Shown: positions 1 through 9,736, counted from the first letter of the stretch. The stretch: 64,000 nt of DNA from Candidatus Shapirobacteria bacterium (GCA_017991615.1 JAGOQF010000002.1:50750-114749), one strand, 5' to 3'. Translations and numbers: made by a program. The notes: a model not told the origin generated them from the sequence alone.

Positions 1-6
1 CCTTCT

Positions 7-525
7 TCAAGTTAAGACTTGTTTGTAAATATCAACACTGCTAAGCAAGTGTTTGCTTAAACCACCGCTATCTCTTTTTTCTTTCATTTTTAAAATTTTC
101 AATCTATTTGTGTCGTTTAATCTAGATTTCATGAGATTGTCGATTTCTTGATGACTATCTGGTTCTTGATTAAAAAACCAAATTTCTATTTCCCATTTCC
201 TGTCGTGAAAAGGTAAAATCAGATTAAGAATGTAAGATTCTGGTCTTTTATCTCTCTTGAAGGTAACAAAATCACCATATTCATATTTTTGAGCCAATTT
301 AGCTTTAATCACCTTATTTAATGCTTCCAATGAGGATTTCCTGGTATCTGGACAAATAACGGTAATATCGATATCTGCACCCCACATAAGATCATATTTA
401 TAACTTCCACCAATAGTAACTTTTCCAAATTTACTGAGAATTTTTATTAAATCGGTTTGATCTAATAAAGCCATAGCATCAGATTTAGTTTTTTGGGAAA
501 ACTCTAAAATATCTTTGTCGGTCAT
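7..525 (-). CDS. Nucleotidyltransferase-domain protein (Pol-beta superfamily minimal NTase)
   Basis: ORF of 172 aa. The motif GGSYKYDLMWGADIDITV matches the GS-x(n)-D-x-D nucleotidyltransferase signature. Confidence 0.5.
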   Translation of the reverse strand: MTDKDILEFSQKTKSDAMALLDQTDLIKILSKFGKVTIGGSYKYDLMWGADIDITVICPDTRKSSLEALNKVIKAKLAQKYEYGDFVTFKRDKRPESYILNLILPFHDRKWEIEIWFFNQEPDSHQEIDNLMKSRLNDTNRLKILKMKEKRDSGGLSKHLLSSVDIYKQVLT

Positions 526-585
526 ATTTAAATTTTACTACTTAGGAGACTGTGGTGACGTTGTTTGGTTTATGTTGTTTATGTT

Positions 586-1551
586 TTATAAACACATAGT
601 GCCGTCGTCGGAGGAGTTTGATTTTTCAGTTGTGTTATCAATCCCTGGTATAGGTTTATAATCTTCCATGGGTTTGGCTGGTTTAGGTTGGACATATTTG
701 ACTTCCTTGTTCATCGGAATCTCGGCGTTGGCCAGAGTAATAATTTTCTGATTTTTAAGCCAATTATCAAAATTATTCCACACAATTTTGTCGGAGGACA
801 AAACTCTTTCATACTCTGCCCACCATTCAAGTCGGGTCCCGCCTAAATAAGCATGGGAAACTAAAATCATGTTGGTGGGTTTTTTGAGAATACTATCATC
901 AAGTATTTGTCCGAATTCTATAGCATCAGCACCTCTGGACCACAAACTATAATCGCAAAGTGAACCTCTACCCATGGGCTCACCGACATCTACATTGGTG
1001 ACTGAAATTACCCTTACCTTATATTCTTTTGGTTGATAAACAATGGCTTCCACATCATTCACCCCACGACCTAAAATATATTCAATCCCTAGAGCGTCAG
1101 CCGCCTTGAGAGTGGTTTCATCATAAGCAAAATAACGGCTACCAAAGACTCTCATTTTTTTACCAGTAATTTTTTCCACCAAGTCTTTGGATTCTTTCAA
1201 ATATTTATATTGCTCGTCATAAGACATGTCCCAAAAGGGTGCCTTATCGTAACCTCCGGCGATTTCGTAACCTTTGTTAGCCAATCTTTTGAAAACTGTG
1301 GGATTTTCTTCTAGAACATTATCTTGAACTTTAACTAAAGCTGTTAATCCCCTGCTGTACAATTCTTTTTCCCATTGTTCAATGCCTTCAATTCTTTCAA
1401 ATTCGATTAACATGAGCATGGTATTAATTTTTGAGCCAATTATAGAAGTTGATTTTGGAGATTTGGAAATTAAAAGTATGACAGAAATGACAATGGCGAG
1501 AAATGATCCCAATATTGGCCAAGATATTTTATTGTTTTGATTTTTCTTCAT
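586..1551 (-). CDS. Membrane-anchored hypothetical protein, possibly polysaccharide-deacetylase-like
   Basis: 321 aa with an N-terminal TM helix. Weak resemblance to CE4/NodB-fold motifs (GYEIA, RVFGSRYFAYDETT). No firm family call. Confidence 0.3.
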   Translation of the reverse strand: MKKNQNNKISWPILGSFLAIVISVILLISKSPKSTSIIGSKINTMLMLIEFERIEGIEQWEKELYSRGLTALVKVQDNVLEENPTVFKRLANKGYEIAGGYDKAPFWDMSYDEQYKYLKESKDLVEKITGKKMRVFGSRYFAYDETTLKAADALGIEYILGRGVNDVEAIVYQPKEYKVRVISVTNVDVGEPMGRGSLCDYSLWSRGADAIEFGQILDDSILKKPTNMILVSHAYLGGTRLEWWAEYERVLSSDKIVWNNFDNWLKNQKIITLANAEIPMNKEVKYVQPKPAKPMEDYKPIPGIDNTTEKSNSSDDGTMCL

Positions 1552-1675
1552 GGTCCTTTTGATTAATTTTTATAGCCTTACCTTTAATTATAGCAATGAC
1601 CAGTTTTTTGTAGGCTTATAGGAGATACTAAAAGAAGTGCATTATGAAATATTAGGGTCTGGATGTCTTTGAATT

Positions 1676-2713
1676 CTAAAACTCCGCGCTGATTGTCTTT
1701 TTGGATGAGTTAATATTTATATTTTTACCCACCGGTAAAGGAATTTGGGGTGAGGTGTGGCCAAAATCTAAATTTTGGACAATAGGTATGATTTGATTAT
1801 ATTTTCTAACAATTTCTATAACCATGTCTCTTTGACCTATTTTATAAATTTCTTTTTCTTGATCGGTGTTTTGCTTATTAAATTCCCAAGTTTTGGGGCG
1901 GCCAATTAAAAGTCCTTGGATATTTTTTAGAATACTTCGCTCCCCTAACGCTCTTAAAACCCGTCTAAAATATTCATGGCTGGGAATTTCTTCGGATGTC
2001 TCTAAAAACAAAACAATGTTTTTAAATTGTTCCAAAGTGGGAATAGAAATGTTGTGACGAAGCAATTCGTCGACTGATTCAACACAGCCACCCCAGGTGA
2101 TACCCTGACTTTCTTTTTGGCCATCCCAAACCCAACCATGGTTGGGTTGATAATGACGGGACTGAGTGAGAGTTTTTGGATCATTCCAATCTAAATCTAT
2201 ATCGTTAAAAATGGGACTTGATTCTAGTTTTTTTTGACCGGTTTCAAAAAAGGCATAATTTAAATATTTGACAGTAAAATCATCCATTTTATTTTGCATG
2301 GCAAATTCGGTAAAAAGACTGCCACCGTAAAATGAGGGAATTCCACACAACCAAAGATGGTTTATAAAGTGAGTGTTGTCACTATAACCAAAAAATGGTT
2401 TAGGATTGTTAATAAAAGGTTTTTTAGGAAGGTTTTTGATGTAAGTAACCTGATCATTGCCGCCAAGGGAAGCAATAATGGCTTTGATTTCTTTGGTTTC
2501 AAAAGCAGCAATCAAATCTTTGGCTCTTTCTTTGCCGGAAGCATCAATTTTTTTGGTGGTAGGAAACTCAACTGGCTGTAGGCCAAAAATATCTTTTAAT
2601 CTTCGACAGCCTAATTTATATACGTGAGGCCATTTGCCAGGGGCAGCAAAAGAAGGAGAAAGAATAGCCACTTGGTCGCCTTTTTTGAGTTTAGGAAGAG
2701 GTTGAAATTTCAT
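1676..2713 (-). CDS. LD-carboxypeptidase (peptidase S66, LdcA/MccF-like)
   Basis: 345 aa. N-terminal GDQVAILSPS...IKAIIASLGG and the GYSDNT nucleophile-Ser context are typical of the S66 family. Confidence 0.6.
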   Translation of the reverse strand: MKFQPLPKLKKGDQVAILSPSFAAPGKWPHVYKLGCRRLKDIFGLQPVEFPTTKKIDASGKERAKDLIAAFETKEIKAIIASLGGNDQVTYIKNLPKKPFINNPKPFFGYSDNTHFINHLWLCGIPSFYGGSLFTEFAMQNKMDDFTVKYLNYAFFETGQKKLESSPIFNDIDLDWNDPKTLTQSRHYQPNHGWVWDGQKESQGITWGGCVESVDELLRHNISIPTLEQFKNIVLFLETSEEIPSHEYFRRVLRALGERSILKNIQGLLIGRPKTWEFNKQNTDQEKEIYKIGQRDMVIEIVRKYNQIIPIVQNLDFGHTSPQIPLPVGKNININSSKKTISAEF

Positions 2714-2819
2714 GGCAAAATAAGGATTTTGTTTTATATTGTTTTATTTTAACAATTTTTTGTAAAGAAACGAATTTTATGTTAATTTCAAGTTAATGTT
2801 AATTTAAAATGTTCACTTT

Positions 2820-3197
2820 ATGAAAACTTTAAAATTCAAAAATGGAAAATATTTTCATGGTAAGTATGAAAATAATGAAAAAACTAGAGGATGGTTCATT
2901 GGGTCATTTTTTGAAAAAGGTAATAATTGTAAAACTTCTAAATTAGAAATAATGTACCGTATTCATAAAAAAGGAGATATTATTGAGGCTCATTATCATA
3001 AGAAAAAAGTTGAGTTATTAATAATGATTGAAGGAAGTGCTAAATATACTATCAATGACGAGGATATTTTTCTAGAAAAAGGCGATTTTCTTTTCATTGA
3101 TGTAAATAATTTAATTTCTGGAGAATTTACTAAGTCTTCAAAAATTTTTGCTATTCATTCTCCAAGTATTCCGACTGATAAATTTAAACTACAATAA
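2820..3197 (+). CDS. Cupin-domain protein
   Basis: 125 aa. The HYHKKKVELLIMIEG...GDFLFID pattern resembles cupin motifs G(X)5HXH...G(X)5PXG...H. Sits in a very AT-rich tract. Confidence 0.4.
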   Translation: MKTLKFKNGKYFHGKYENNEKTRGWFIGSFFEKGNNCKTSKLEIMYRIHKKGDIIEAHYHKKKVELLIMIEGSAKYTINDEDIFLEKGDFLFIDVNNLISGEFTKSSKIFAIHSPSIPTDKFKLQ

Positions 3198-3266
3198 TTA
3201 TGTTTTATTGTAGTAGATACATATCTATAAAATATTGATTTTCACCTGTCTTGTAGTATAATTTGA

Positions 3267-3497
3267 GTGAGTGGAATGAAAATAAAAACGAAGCCTGATA
3301 TTGAAAGTGTTGGTAAATATATGGTTTTTATTGAAAGTTGTAGGTTTCTTTCCGATTTAAATCTTTTTTTGAAAAAAAACAATGGTTTATTTTCTAAGTT
3401 TTATATCAATTCGATTTTTGAGAATAAAATCAAAAGTGATTTGAATATAATTTGGCTTGGTAAAAAAGATTTGAAAAAAAATATAAAGAAAATATAA
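3267..3497 (+). CDS. Small hypothetical protein upstream of radical SAM gene
   Basis: 76-aa ORF in the AT-rich islet with no recognisable motif. Coding status uncertain. Confidence 0.2.
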   Translation: MSGMKIKTKPDIESVGKYMVFIESCRFLSDLNLFLKKNNGLFSKFYINSIFENKIKSDLNIIWLGKKDLKKNIKKI

Positions 3498-3565
3498 TCG
3501 TTCCTAAATGGATTTTAGCGGAAGATAATTTTGAAAGAATTATATCTGGAAAATGGAATGAAATA

Positions 3566-4714
3566 ATGCCAATTACGGCCGAATTTACGCCTACTTTAAA
3601 TTGTAATTTTAGATGTAATCAATGTTCTTACTCTATTCCAAAACAAAAATTGGGTGTGTGGAAAAAAAATAATTCAAAAGAATTTAGTTCTGATTTTAAT
3701 AGTCACCATGTTCATATGACACTAGAATCAGCAAAAAAAATTATAGATAATTTAAAGTCTGGAGGGGTAAAAAACATTTTATTTACTGGTGGTGGAGAAC
3801 CATTTGTTAATCCAGATGTAACTATAAAAAGTATGTTTTATGCAAAAGAAAAGGGATTAACTATTGGTCTTTATAGTAATGGGTCTTTATTGAATAAAGA
3901 AATAATTAAAGATATTTTTAAAATAAATCCCTTATTTATAAGAATTAGTATTTATGGTAGCAACCCAAAAAGTTTTTCTAAATATACAAACCAATCCCAA
4001 AAATTGTATATTCGTATCCTTAAAAATCTTAGATTATTGGCTCAAGAAAAAATAAAAACTAAATCGTCGACCCAAATTGGATTATCTTTTTTACTCCATC
4101 CAGATACGATGAATGATTTTAATCAGATTGAAAAATATTTAATAAAAACATTATCTCCAAAAGAGTTAGAAGTAATCAATTCTTGTCGTTTTACTCCAGC
4201 TGTTGATTATTTTGGCGGACCACAACATTCAAATGAAATGATGAGAAAATTTTTTGTTTTTATTGAAAAAAATATTAAACCAAAATTAGAGAAATTTGGT
4301 ATTGATGTCAAGCTATACTTTCATCGATTAAATGATCTTAATAAGAGAAAAACCTATAAAAAGTGTAGAGCTTCGGGGTGGTATTTAGAAATTGGTCCAT
4401 CTGGAGACGTTTTTATTTGTTGTGAGAAACTTTTTTCAGATACTAGTAAAATTGGTAATTTAAAAAATCAATCTATTAGGGATATTTATGAGAGTGATCT
4501 TCGAAGGAAGGTAATTAATACTATCAACTCTTGCGAGTGTGAAAAATGTCCTCCTGTTTGTAAACCCCATGAACTTAATAAAATATTTGATGATATCGAT
4601 ATTTTAATTAGAAAAGGAAATGTAGGTTCTATAAAAAAATGGAGGAATGATATTTTGGAACATGGAAAAAATATTGATCATTTTATTGGTAAATTAAATG
4701 ATTTTGAGAGTTAA
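3566..4714 (+). CDS. Radical SAM protein with C-terminal SPASM-like Cys cluster (putative peptide/protein-modifying maturase)
   Basis: 382 aa. CNFRCNQC is the CxxxCxxC radical SAM motif near the N-terminus. GGGEPF is the SAM-binding motif. The C-terminal Cys cluster (CCEK...CECEKCPPVC) is consistent with SPASM/twitch auxiliary clusters. Confidence 0.7.
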   Translation: MPITAEFTPTLNCNFRCNQCSYSIPKQKLGVWKKNNSKEFSSDFNSHHVHMTLESAKKIIDNLKSGGVKNILFTGGGEPFVNPDVTIKSMFYAKEKGLTIGLYSNGSLLNKEIIKDIFKINPLFIRISIYGSNPKSFSKYTNQSQKLYIRILKNLRLLAQEKIKTKSSTQIGLSFLLHPDTMNDFNQIEKYLIKTLSPKELEVINSCRFTPAVDYFGGPQHSNEMMRKFFVFIEKNIKPKLEKFGIDVKLYFHRLNDLNKRKTYKKCRASGWYLEIGPSGDVFICCEKLFSDTSKIGNLKNQSIRDIYESDLRRKVINTINSCECEKCPPVCKPHELNKIFDDIDILIRKGNVGSIKKWRNDILEHGKNIDHFIGKLNDFES

Positions 4715-4879
4715 ATTTTTAGAAAATGTGAATAAAAAAGGCGGAGAAAATTTTGAAAGTAGTCAACATAGGTTAGTTTTAGAAAAAATTGATAAACAAA
4801 GAGAATAATTAGATTTTTTGATCACAACTGAATTAATAAATTTAGATAAGATAATAAGAAAAATATTATTTTGGATCTA

Positions 4880-4948
4880 ATGTTTACGCTTATTGGTAAT
4901 AATATTACTATTGGCTTGGGGAATTTTTTATCCAAATACAATTATTGA
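4880..4948 (+). CDS. Unannotated 22-codon ORF (MFTLIGNNITIGLGNFLSKYNY), candidate small peptide
   Basis: ATG...TGA read directly from the sequence downstream of the rSAM gene. No clear RBS, so speculative. Confidence 0.15.
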   Translation: MFTLIGNNITIGLGNFLSKYNY

Positions 4949-4968
4949 GAAAACAAGGTAATATAGTT

Positions 4969-5037
4969 ATGAAAATGGGTAATAAAAATATTTTTTACCC
5001 ACAGACTTTTTACTATTGCCAGTGGTTTTGGAATTGA
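4969..5037 (+). CDS. Unannotated 22-codon ORF (MKMGNKNIFYPQTFYYCQWFWN), aromatic-rich candidate RiPP precursor
   Basis: ATG...TGA read directly. The C-terminus is rich in Tyr/Phe/Trp/Cys. Weak AAGG 14 nt upstream. Speculative. Confidence 0.2.
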   Translation: MKMGNKNIFYPQTFYYCQWFWN

Positions 5038-5066
5038 GTCAAATAGGATTAAATTTATCCTTGTAA

Positions 5067-6230
5067 TTAAGAAATAAATTTAATTAAAGGGACAAACATC
5101 TCATTTGGACTAGTACCCCCATGGTTACCAATGTGACATTCTTTTTTTTCAGTTAATAAAAAATCTTTTATGATGTAATTTTCTTTCATGACTAGAATAT
5201 AGTCACCAATCCTATCAATTAAATTTTTATTTGGTTTAAATAAACCGAAAACTCCTTTATCTAAAAGATCAATACTTTTATAAAGCTGACAGCAAAAATC
5301 TAAATTATCTTTAATATATTTTTCAAATTGTTGAGTTTTTTGAGGGTGGACATAACAATAAGCAGCTCTGGATTCACCTGATAAGGGCATTGTTAAGGTT
5401 TCAACTAGTTTTGGATGATTTTGAAGGAGAATTATTTTTGGTTTTTCAGTAGTATCAATTAATCCATGATCGGCGGTAACAATTAAAGCAGTATTAGTAC
5501 CTTTTAATGACTTTGAAAGTGATGATATTTTTTTATCCAATTGCCAAAAATGATCATTTACTTTTTTACTAGCACAACCATTTTCATGACACAAAGCATC
5601 AAATTTATCCCAATAAACATAAATGTATTTTTTTTTATTTGATGATTTGATGATCTTTGTAACTTGTGAAAATAAATCATTAAGATTTTTGTAACCCAAA
5701 AGACTTTTACTTTTTTTATTTACCTTACCATCAATAATATGTTCGGGATAAATAATGAAAGCAGATGATTTGATTTTGTCCACGATTCTTTTTTCTATAA
5801 AAATATCTTTTCTTTGAAAATTATCTTCTGTAAAGTTTTGACCGCCATATCTTGATTTAAAAGGTAAAATTTTGGTTAAAACTCCAATTTCTTTTAAGAA
5901 CATAAACCAGCCGGTAATACCATGTTGTTGAGGAGCCACTCCAGTTTCTAGTGTAGTGGTTGCACTGGCGGTAGTACTTGGAAAAACAGAAGTTATTTTA
6001 TTAAGACAATGTTTACTTAATTCCGAACCTTGACCATATTCTTGAATATATTCATAACCCAAACCATCAATTAGTAAGAGAATGATGTTCTTATATTTCT
6101 TTAAATCACCAAGCTCTTTTAACGGAATGTAATGTGAATTAATGTTAAAGGCTTTCAAAATTGAACTAGTTAAATTGACAATACTGTGTTTGTAGTCTGG
6201 ATAAATCATCTTAATCGAATTATATCTCAA
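5067..6230 (-). CDS. Alkaline-phosphatase-superfamily metalloenzyme (ApgM-like phosphoglycerate mutase / phosphodiesterase-like)
   Basis: 387 aa. LLLIDGLGYEY and VTADHG motifs are typical of the metalloenzyme/AP superfamily. Confidence 0.5.
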   Translation of the reverse strand: MRYNSIKMIYPDYKHSIVNLTSSILKAFNINSHYIPLKELGDLKKYKNIILLLIDGLGYEYIQEYGQGSELSKHCLNKITSVFPSTTASATTTLETGVAPQQHGITGWFMFLKEIGVLTKILPFKSRYGGQNFTEDNFQRKDIFIEKRIVDKIKSSAFIIYPEHIIDGKVNKKSKSLLGYKNLNDLFSQVTKIIKSSNKKKYIYVYWDKFDALCHENGCASKKVNDHFWQLDKKISSLSKSLKGTNTALIVTADHGLIDTTEKPKIILLQNHPKLVETLTMPLSGESRAAYCYVHPQKTQQFEKYIKDNLDFCCQLYKSIDLLDKGVFGLFKPNKNLIDRIGDYILVMKENYIIKDFLLTEKKECHIGNHGGTSPNEMFVPLIKFIS

Positions 6231-6306
6231 TATGGGCCGTAATATCGAAAATACTGTCTTATAAAGAAGATTTAGAATTTACAATAATTGTATTAAAATA
6301 GGTATC

Positions 6307-6392
6307 TGGCGGAAGGAGAGGGACTCGAACCCTCATGCCATTTCTGACGCAGGTTTAGCAAACCTGTGGCTTACCATTCGCCGCATCCTTCC
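6307..6392 (-). tRNA. tRNA-Ser (anticodon GCU)
   Basis: The reverse complement folds as a cloverleaf: acceptor GGAAGGA/TCCTTCC, anticodon stem CAGGT/ACCTG with loop TTGCTAA, long variable arm, T-loop GGTTCGAGTCC, 3' GCCA. Confidence 0.8.
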
Positions 6393-6478
6393 TAAACTAG
6401 ATCGTAGATTGTAGATCGTAGATATATTAGTGGATAAGTATACCAAATTTTAGGTTTTTGCTTTATTATTAAGATAGG

Positions 6479-7036
6479 ATGGAAAAAGAAAAAACAAAAG
6501 AAAAAGAACTAACTTTAGAAGAAAGAGATTGGCATGAGGAAAAAGTATTATTTGAGTGGGAGGCGCCGGAGAGGTCTTATCAAAAAAAAGATCGAGATTT
6601 TTGGATTACGGCAATTTCAATATTAGTGTTAGTATCGGTGATTTTGTTTTTTGTTAAGGAGTTCTTTTTAATAATCGCTTTGGTGTCGGTATTGTTTTTG
6701 TATTATGTATTATCGACGGTGCCGCCGCAAAATGTGAAATATAAAATTACCAACCGCGGAATTTATTTTGGTGAAGATAGATATCAATGGGATCTGTTTA
6801 GTAGATTTTGGATTAAGAAAAGTTTAAGTAATGAAACCATCAATTTTGAGACAATCTTGAGGTTTCCTCGGCAAATATCACTGGTAATAAACGAGAGTGA
6901 CAAAGAAAAAATCAAGGAATTAGTGGTCAAGAGACTGCCGTTGGTAGAAGAGTCACCAAATTTTGTAGACAAACTGACAAAATGGTTTGTAAATAAACTG
7001 CCGTTGGAAAACCGCGATCCCGAGAAAAAGGCTTAA
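6479..7036 (+). CDS. Hypothetical membrane protein
   Basis: 185 aa. Charged N-terminus followed by two hydrophobic helices. No family call. Confidence 0.4.
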   Translation: MEKEKTKEKELTLEERDWHEEKVLFEWEAPERSYQKKDRDFWITAISILVLVSVILFFVKEFFLIIALVSVLFLYYVLSTVPPQNVKYKITNRGIYFGEDRYQWDLFSRFWIKKSLSNETINFETILRFPRQISLVINESDKEKIKELVVKRLPLVEESPNFVDKLTKWFVNKLPLENRDPEKKA

Positions 7037-7056
7037 GTTTGCTATAATTGGCGGAC

Positions 7057-7133
7057 GTACCCGTAGCTCAATTGGATAGAGCATTGGTTTGCGGAACCAA
7101 AGGTTGGAGGTTCGATCCCTCTCGGGTACACCC
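7057..7133 (+). tRNA. tRNA-Arg (anticodon reads GCG)
   Basis: Acceptor GTACCCG/CGGGTAC, D-arm GCTCAATTGGATAGAGC (Arg-like), anticodon stem TTGGT/ACCAA with loop TTGCGGA, T-loop GGTTCGATCC. Confidence 0.7.
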
Positions 7134-7135
7134 AG

Positions 7136-7222
7136 GGAGGGTTGGCCGAGTGGTTTATGGCGCACGCCTCGAAAGCGTGTGGGCGAAAGTCCGCAGAGGT
7201 TCAAATCCTCTACCCTCCGCCA
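7136..7222 (+). tRNA. tRNA-Ser (anticodon CGA)
   Basis: Acceptor GGAGGGT/ACCCTCC, anticodon stem CACGC/GCGTG with loop CTCGAAA, long variable arm, T-loop GGTTCAAATCC, 3' GCCA. Confidence 0.8.
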
Positions 7223-7346
7223 AGTTTAAAATTGATTTATGGTGTAAGTTATGGTATAATTATGGTATATGGAGAGAGAAAAGAGAGTGTAAATATGGAT
7301 GAAGTCAAGGCAAGAAAAATGAGGATAATTTGAAGTAGAATAAAGC

Positions 7347-8429
7347 ATGAAACTAACAAAGTGGTGGATTATTGCAATAAGCCTGTTGATGGTGGCAATT
7401 AGACCGGTATGGGCACAGGAAAACAAGAATTTTGAAGCTAGAATTGTTAGAGTGGTTGAAGAAAAGGAAATTGAGGTCGATGGTCATAAACAAACGTATC
7501 AAAAACTGGAATTAAAATTAACCAACGGACTAAATCAGGGAAAAATAATCACGGTAGAAAATGGCGACCAACCATTAGTAAACGTGATTGTCTATGAAGA
7601 AGGAGACCGAGTGGTGGTTTCAATGGGAGAAGATCTGGAAGGAAAAGAAATTTATACAATAACCGATTATGTAAGGAAGGATGGGTTAATTTTATTAGTG
7701 ATAATTTTTGTGGCATTGACGTTGGCGGTGGCCAGATTGAAAGGATTGATGTCAATTTTGAGTATGGGATTTACTTTTGGAGTGGTGTTTATTTATATCC
7801 TGCCACAATTGTCGCTGGGGAAAAATCCGGTGATGGTGGCAACCTTGGCGACAGTGATAATTATTCCAATTTCTTTTTATATGGCACATGGAATTAATCA
7901 GAAAACAACGGTGGCGGTAATCAGCTCAATGATAGCTTTGGGAGTAACGACAGGATTGGCGATATTATTTATCAAATTAGGACGACTAACAGGGCTGGCG
8001 TCGGAAGAAGCGGGGATGTTGTTAATTCAGAGAGCAGGGAATTTTGATATGAAAGGGCTATTATTATCAGGAATAATTATTGGATCTTTGGGTATACTGG
8101 ATGATATTACAATTGCTCAGGCAGGAGTAGTCAGCGAGTTGATTAAAAACGAAAAGAAAGTTAATAAAATTAAAGTTTACGAACAAGCGATGAACGTAGG
8201 CAGAGATCATATTTCTTCGATGATAAACACGTTAATACTGGCTTATGCGGGAGCGTCGATGCCATTGTTGTTGATTTTTGTTGACAACCCTCATCCTTGG
8301 GGAGAAATTATTAATTACGAATTTTTGGCAGAAGAGATAATCAGGACTTTGGTGGGCAGTATCGGATTAATTTTGGCAGTGCCAATAACAACAGCTATAG
8401 CGGTTAATTGGATTAGGGGCGAAAAATGA
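7347..8429 (+). CDS. YibE/F-family polytopic membrane protein
   Basis: 360 aa. Signal peptide, an N-terminal beta-rich domain, then multiple TM helices. Architecture typical of YibE/F. Confidence 0.5.
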   Translation: MKLTKWWIIAISLLMVAIRPVWAQENKNFEARIVRVVEEKEIEVDGHKQTYQKLELKLTNGLNQGKIITVENGDQPLVNVIVYEEGDRVVVSMGEDLEGKEIYTITDYVRKDGLILLVIIFVALTLAVARLKGLMSILSMGFTFGVVFIYILPQLSLGKNPVMVATLATVIIIPISFYMAHGINQKTTVAVISSMIALGVTTGLAILFIKLGRLTGLASEEAGMLLIQRAGNFDMKGLLLSGIIIGSLGILDDITIAQAGVVSELIKNEKKVNKIKVYEQAMNVGRDHISSMINTLILAYAGASMPLLLIFVDNPHPWGEIINYEFLAEEIIRTLVGSIGLILAVPITTAIAVNWIRGEK

Positions 8430-9127
8430 AGCTGAAATTAGTGATATTAACAGTTGAGATGTTAATGTTGGCTTGGCTGTGGCAGAAAAATGGAGAGAAG
8501 GTTAAAAATATTATCAGTCCGATTGGTAAAAAAATAGTCAGAGTAACTCCCTTGCCGATAGCAATACCAACAATAGAGCCGGAAGTAAGATTGTCACCGA
8601 CAGCAATTGAAATGCCAACGTTGACACCGATGCCGACCAAAAAAGTCATAAATGAAGCGGTGTCTCAAAAAGATGACCGACCCTGGGGAGTGGCTCAACA
8701 AGTTGATGAAGTTACCTGGACATTGAGAGTCGGCGATGACGAAAAAATGGCAACGGCGGGAGAAATTTTGACAGCGCTAAATGATTACCGACAAAGATAC
8801 GGGTCACAAATATTGACCTGGGATAACAAATTAGCTGAATTGGCTCAAAAAAGAGCCAAGGATATAAATACAACCAGAACTACGGACAAACATGAGGGGT
8901 TTAAAAATTTTATGGAAAATGAGGATGGATTTAATAAACTGGGATTTAGCTCGGTGGGAGAAAATATTGCCTGGGGATATCGACTAAACGGGGTTCATAC
9001 TATTGAATGGATGTACGGCGGCGATGAAGCTCACAACAACAATCAATTGGATAATAAGTGGAATTATGTGGGGATTGGAGTGGAAGGATTGGCAAGTTGT
9101 TTGATTTTTGGAACCGGTAAATTTTAG
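8426..9127 (+). CDS. CAP/SCP/PR-1-like domain secreted protein
   Basis: 233 aa with an N-terminal TM/signal. LNDYRQRYG...GENIAWGY...HTIEWMYG matches conserved CAP-domain motifs. Confidence 0.55.
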   Translation: MKLKLVILTVEMLMLAWLWQKNGEKVKNIISPIGKKIVRVTPLPIAIPTIEPEVRLSPTAIEMPTLTPMPTKKVINEAVSQKDDRPWGVAQQVDEVTWTLRVGDDEKMATAGEILTALNDYRQRYGSQILTWDNKLAELAQKRAKDINTTRTTDKHEGFKNFMENEDGFNKLGFSSVGENIAWGYRLNGVHTIEWMYGGDEAHNNNQLDNKWNYVGIGVEGLASCLIFGTGKF

Positions 9128-9149
9128 GTAAATGTGATAGGATACTGGT

Positions 9150-9710
9150 ATGACAAAAACACAAGAAAATCTCCTAAAAGCGTTTGCCGGTGAGAGTCAA
9201 GCTCGAAACCGATATACTCAATTTGCCAAAATGGCTCGAAAACAAAATTTTGAGTGGATTGCCAGAGTATTTGAAGAAACGGCTGATCAAGAAAGAGTTC
9301 ACGCTGAGGAAGAATATGAAATGATTACCGGGATAGTAACAGTGAAAGATGATTTATCAATCAAACCTTACAGTAAAGAAACATTGGAAAATTTAAAATA
9401 TGCGGCTGAGGGAGAAAATTACGAATGGACAAAAATGTACCCAGCGTTTGAAGAGCAAGCAAAAATTGATGGGGATAAAGAAGCTGAAAGGCTGTTTAGA
9501 GAAATTAAAGAAGTTGAAGAAAAACATGAAGAGAGATATTTGATCTTGGCTAAACATATGGATGAAGGAACTTTGTATAATCAGGAAAAAGAATTGGAAT
9601 GGAAATGTTTAAATTGCGGTTATATTCACAAAGGTAAAACACCGCCAACAACTTGTCCGGTGTGCAAGAAACCGTTCACTTGGTACGCGGCTTTGGGTCT
9701 AATCCGATAA
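9150..9710 (+). CDS. rbr: Rubrerythrin
   Basis: 186 aa. Ferritin-like diiron E...EE..H motifs plus a C-terminal rubredoxin-like CxxC...CxxC (CLNCGY...CPVCKKP). Confidence 0.8.
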   Translation: MTKTQENLLKAFAGESQARNRYTQFAKMARKQNFEWIARVFEETADQERVHAEEEYEMITGIVTVKDDLSIKPYSKETLENLKYAAEGENYEWTKMYPAFEEQAKIDGDKEAERLFREIKEVEEKHEERYLILAKHMDEGTLYNQEKELEWKCLNCGYIHKGKTPPTTCPVCKKPFTWYAALGLIR

Positions 9711-9736
9711 GATTTTGATAAAATAAGTCTGATTTT

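Noticed and set aside
1866-2581. Three ORFs (1866..2057 +, 2002..2184 -, 2357..2581 +) inside or antisense to the LD-carboxypeptidase gene
   Set aside because: They are fully embedded in a longer ORF with a clear family match. They are low complexity with no motifs, so they are typical spurious antisense ORFs.
3267-3497. Calling the 76-aa ORF upstream of the rSAM gene the RiPP precursor
   Set aside because: It has no Cys/aromatic enrichment or leader-like features. The two 22-codon aromatic-rich ORFs downstream are more plausible candidates. It is kept only as a low-confidence hypothetical CDS.
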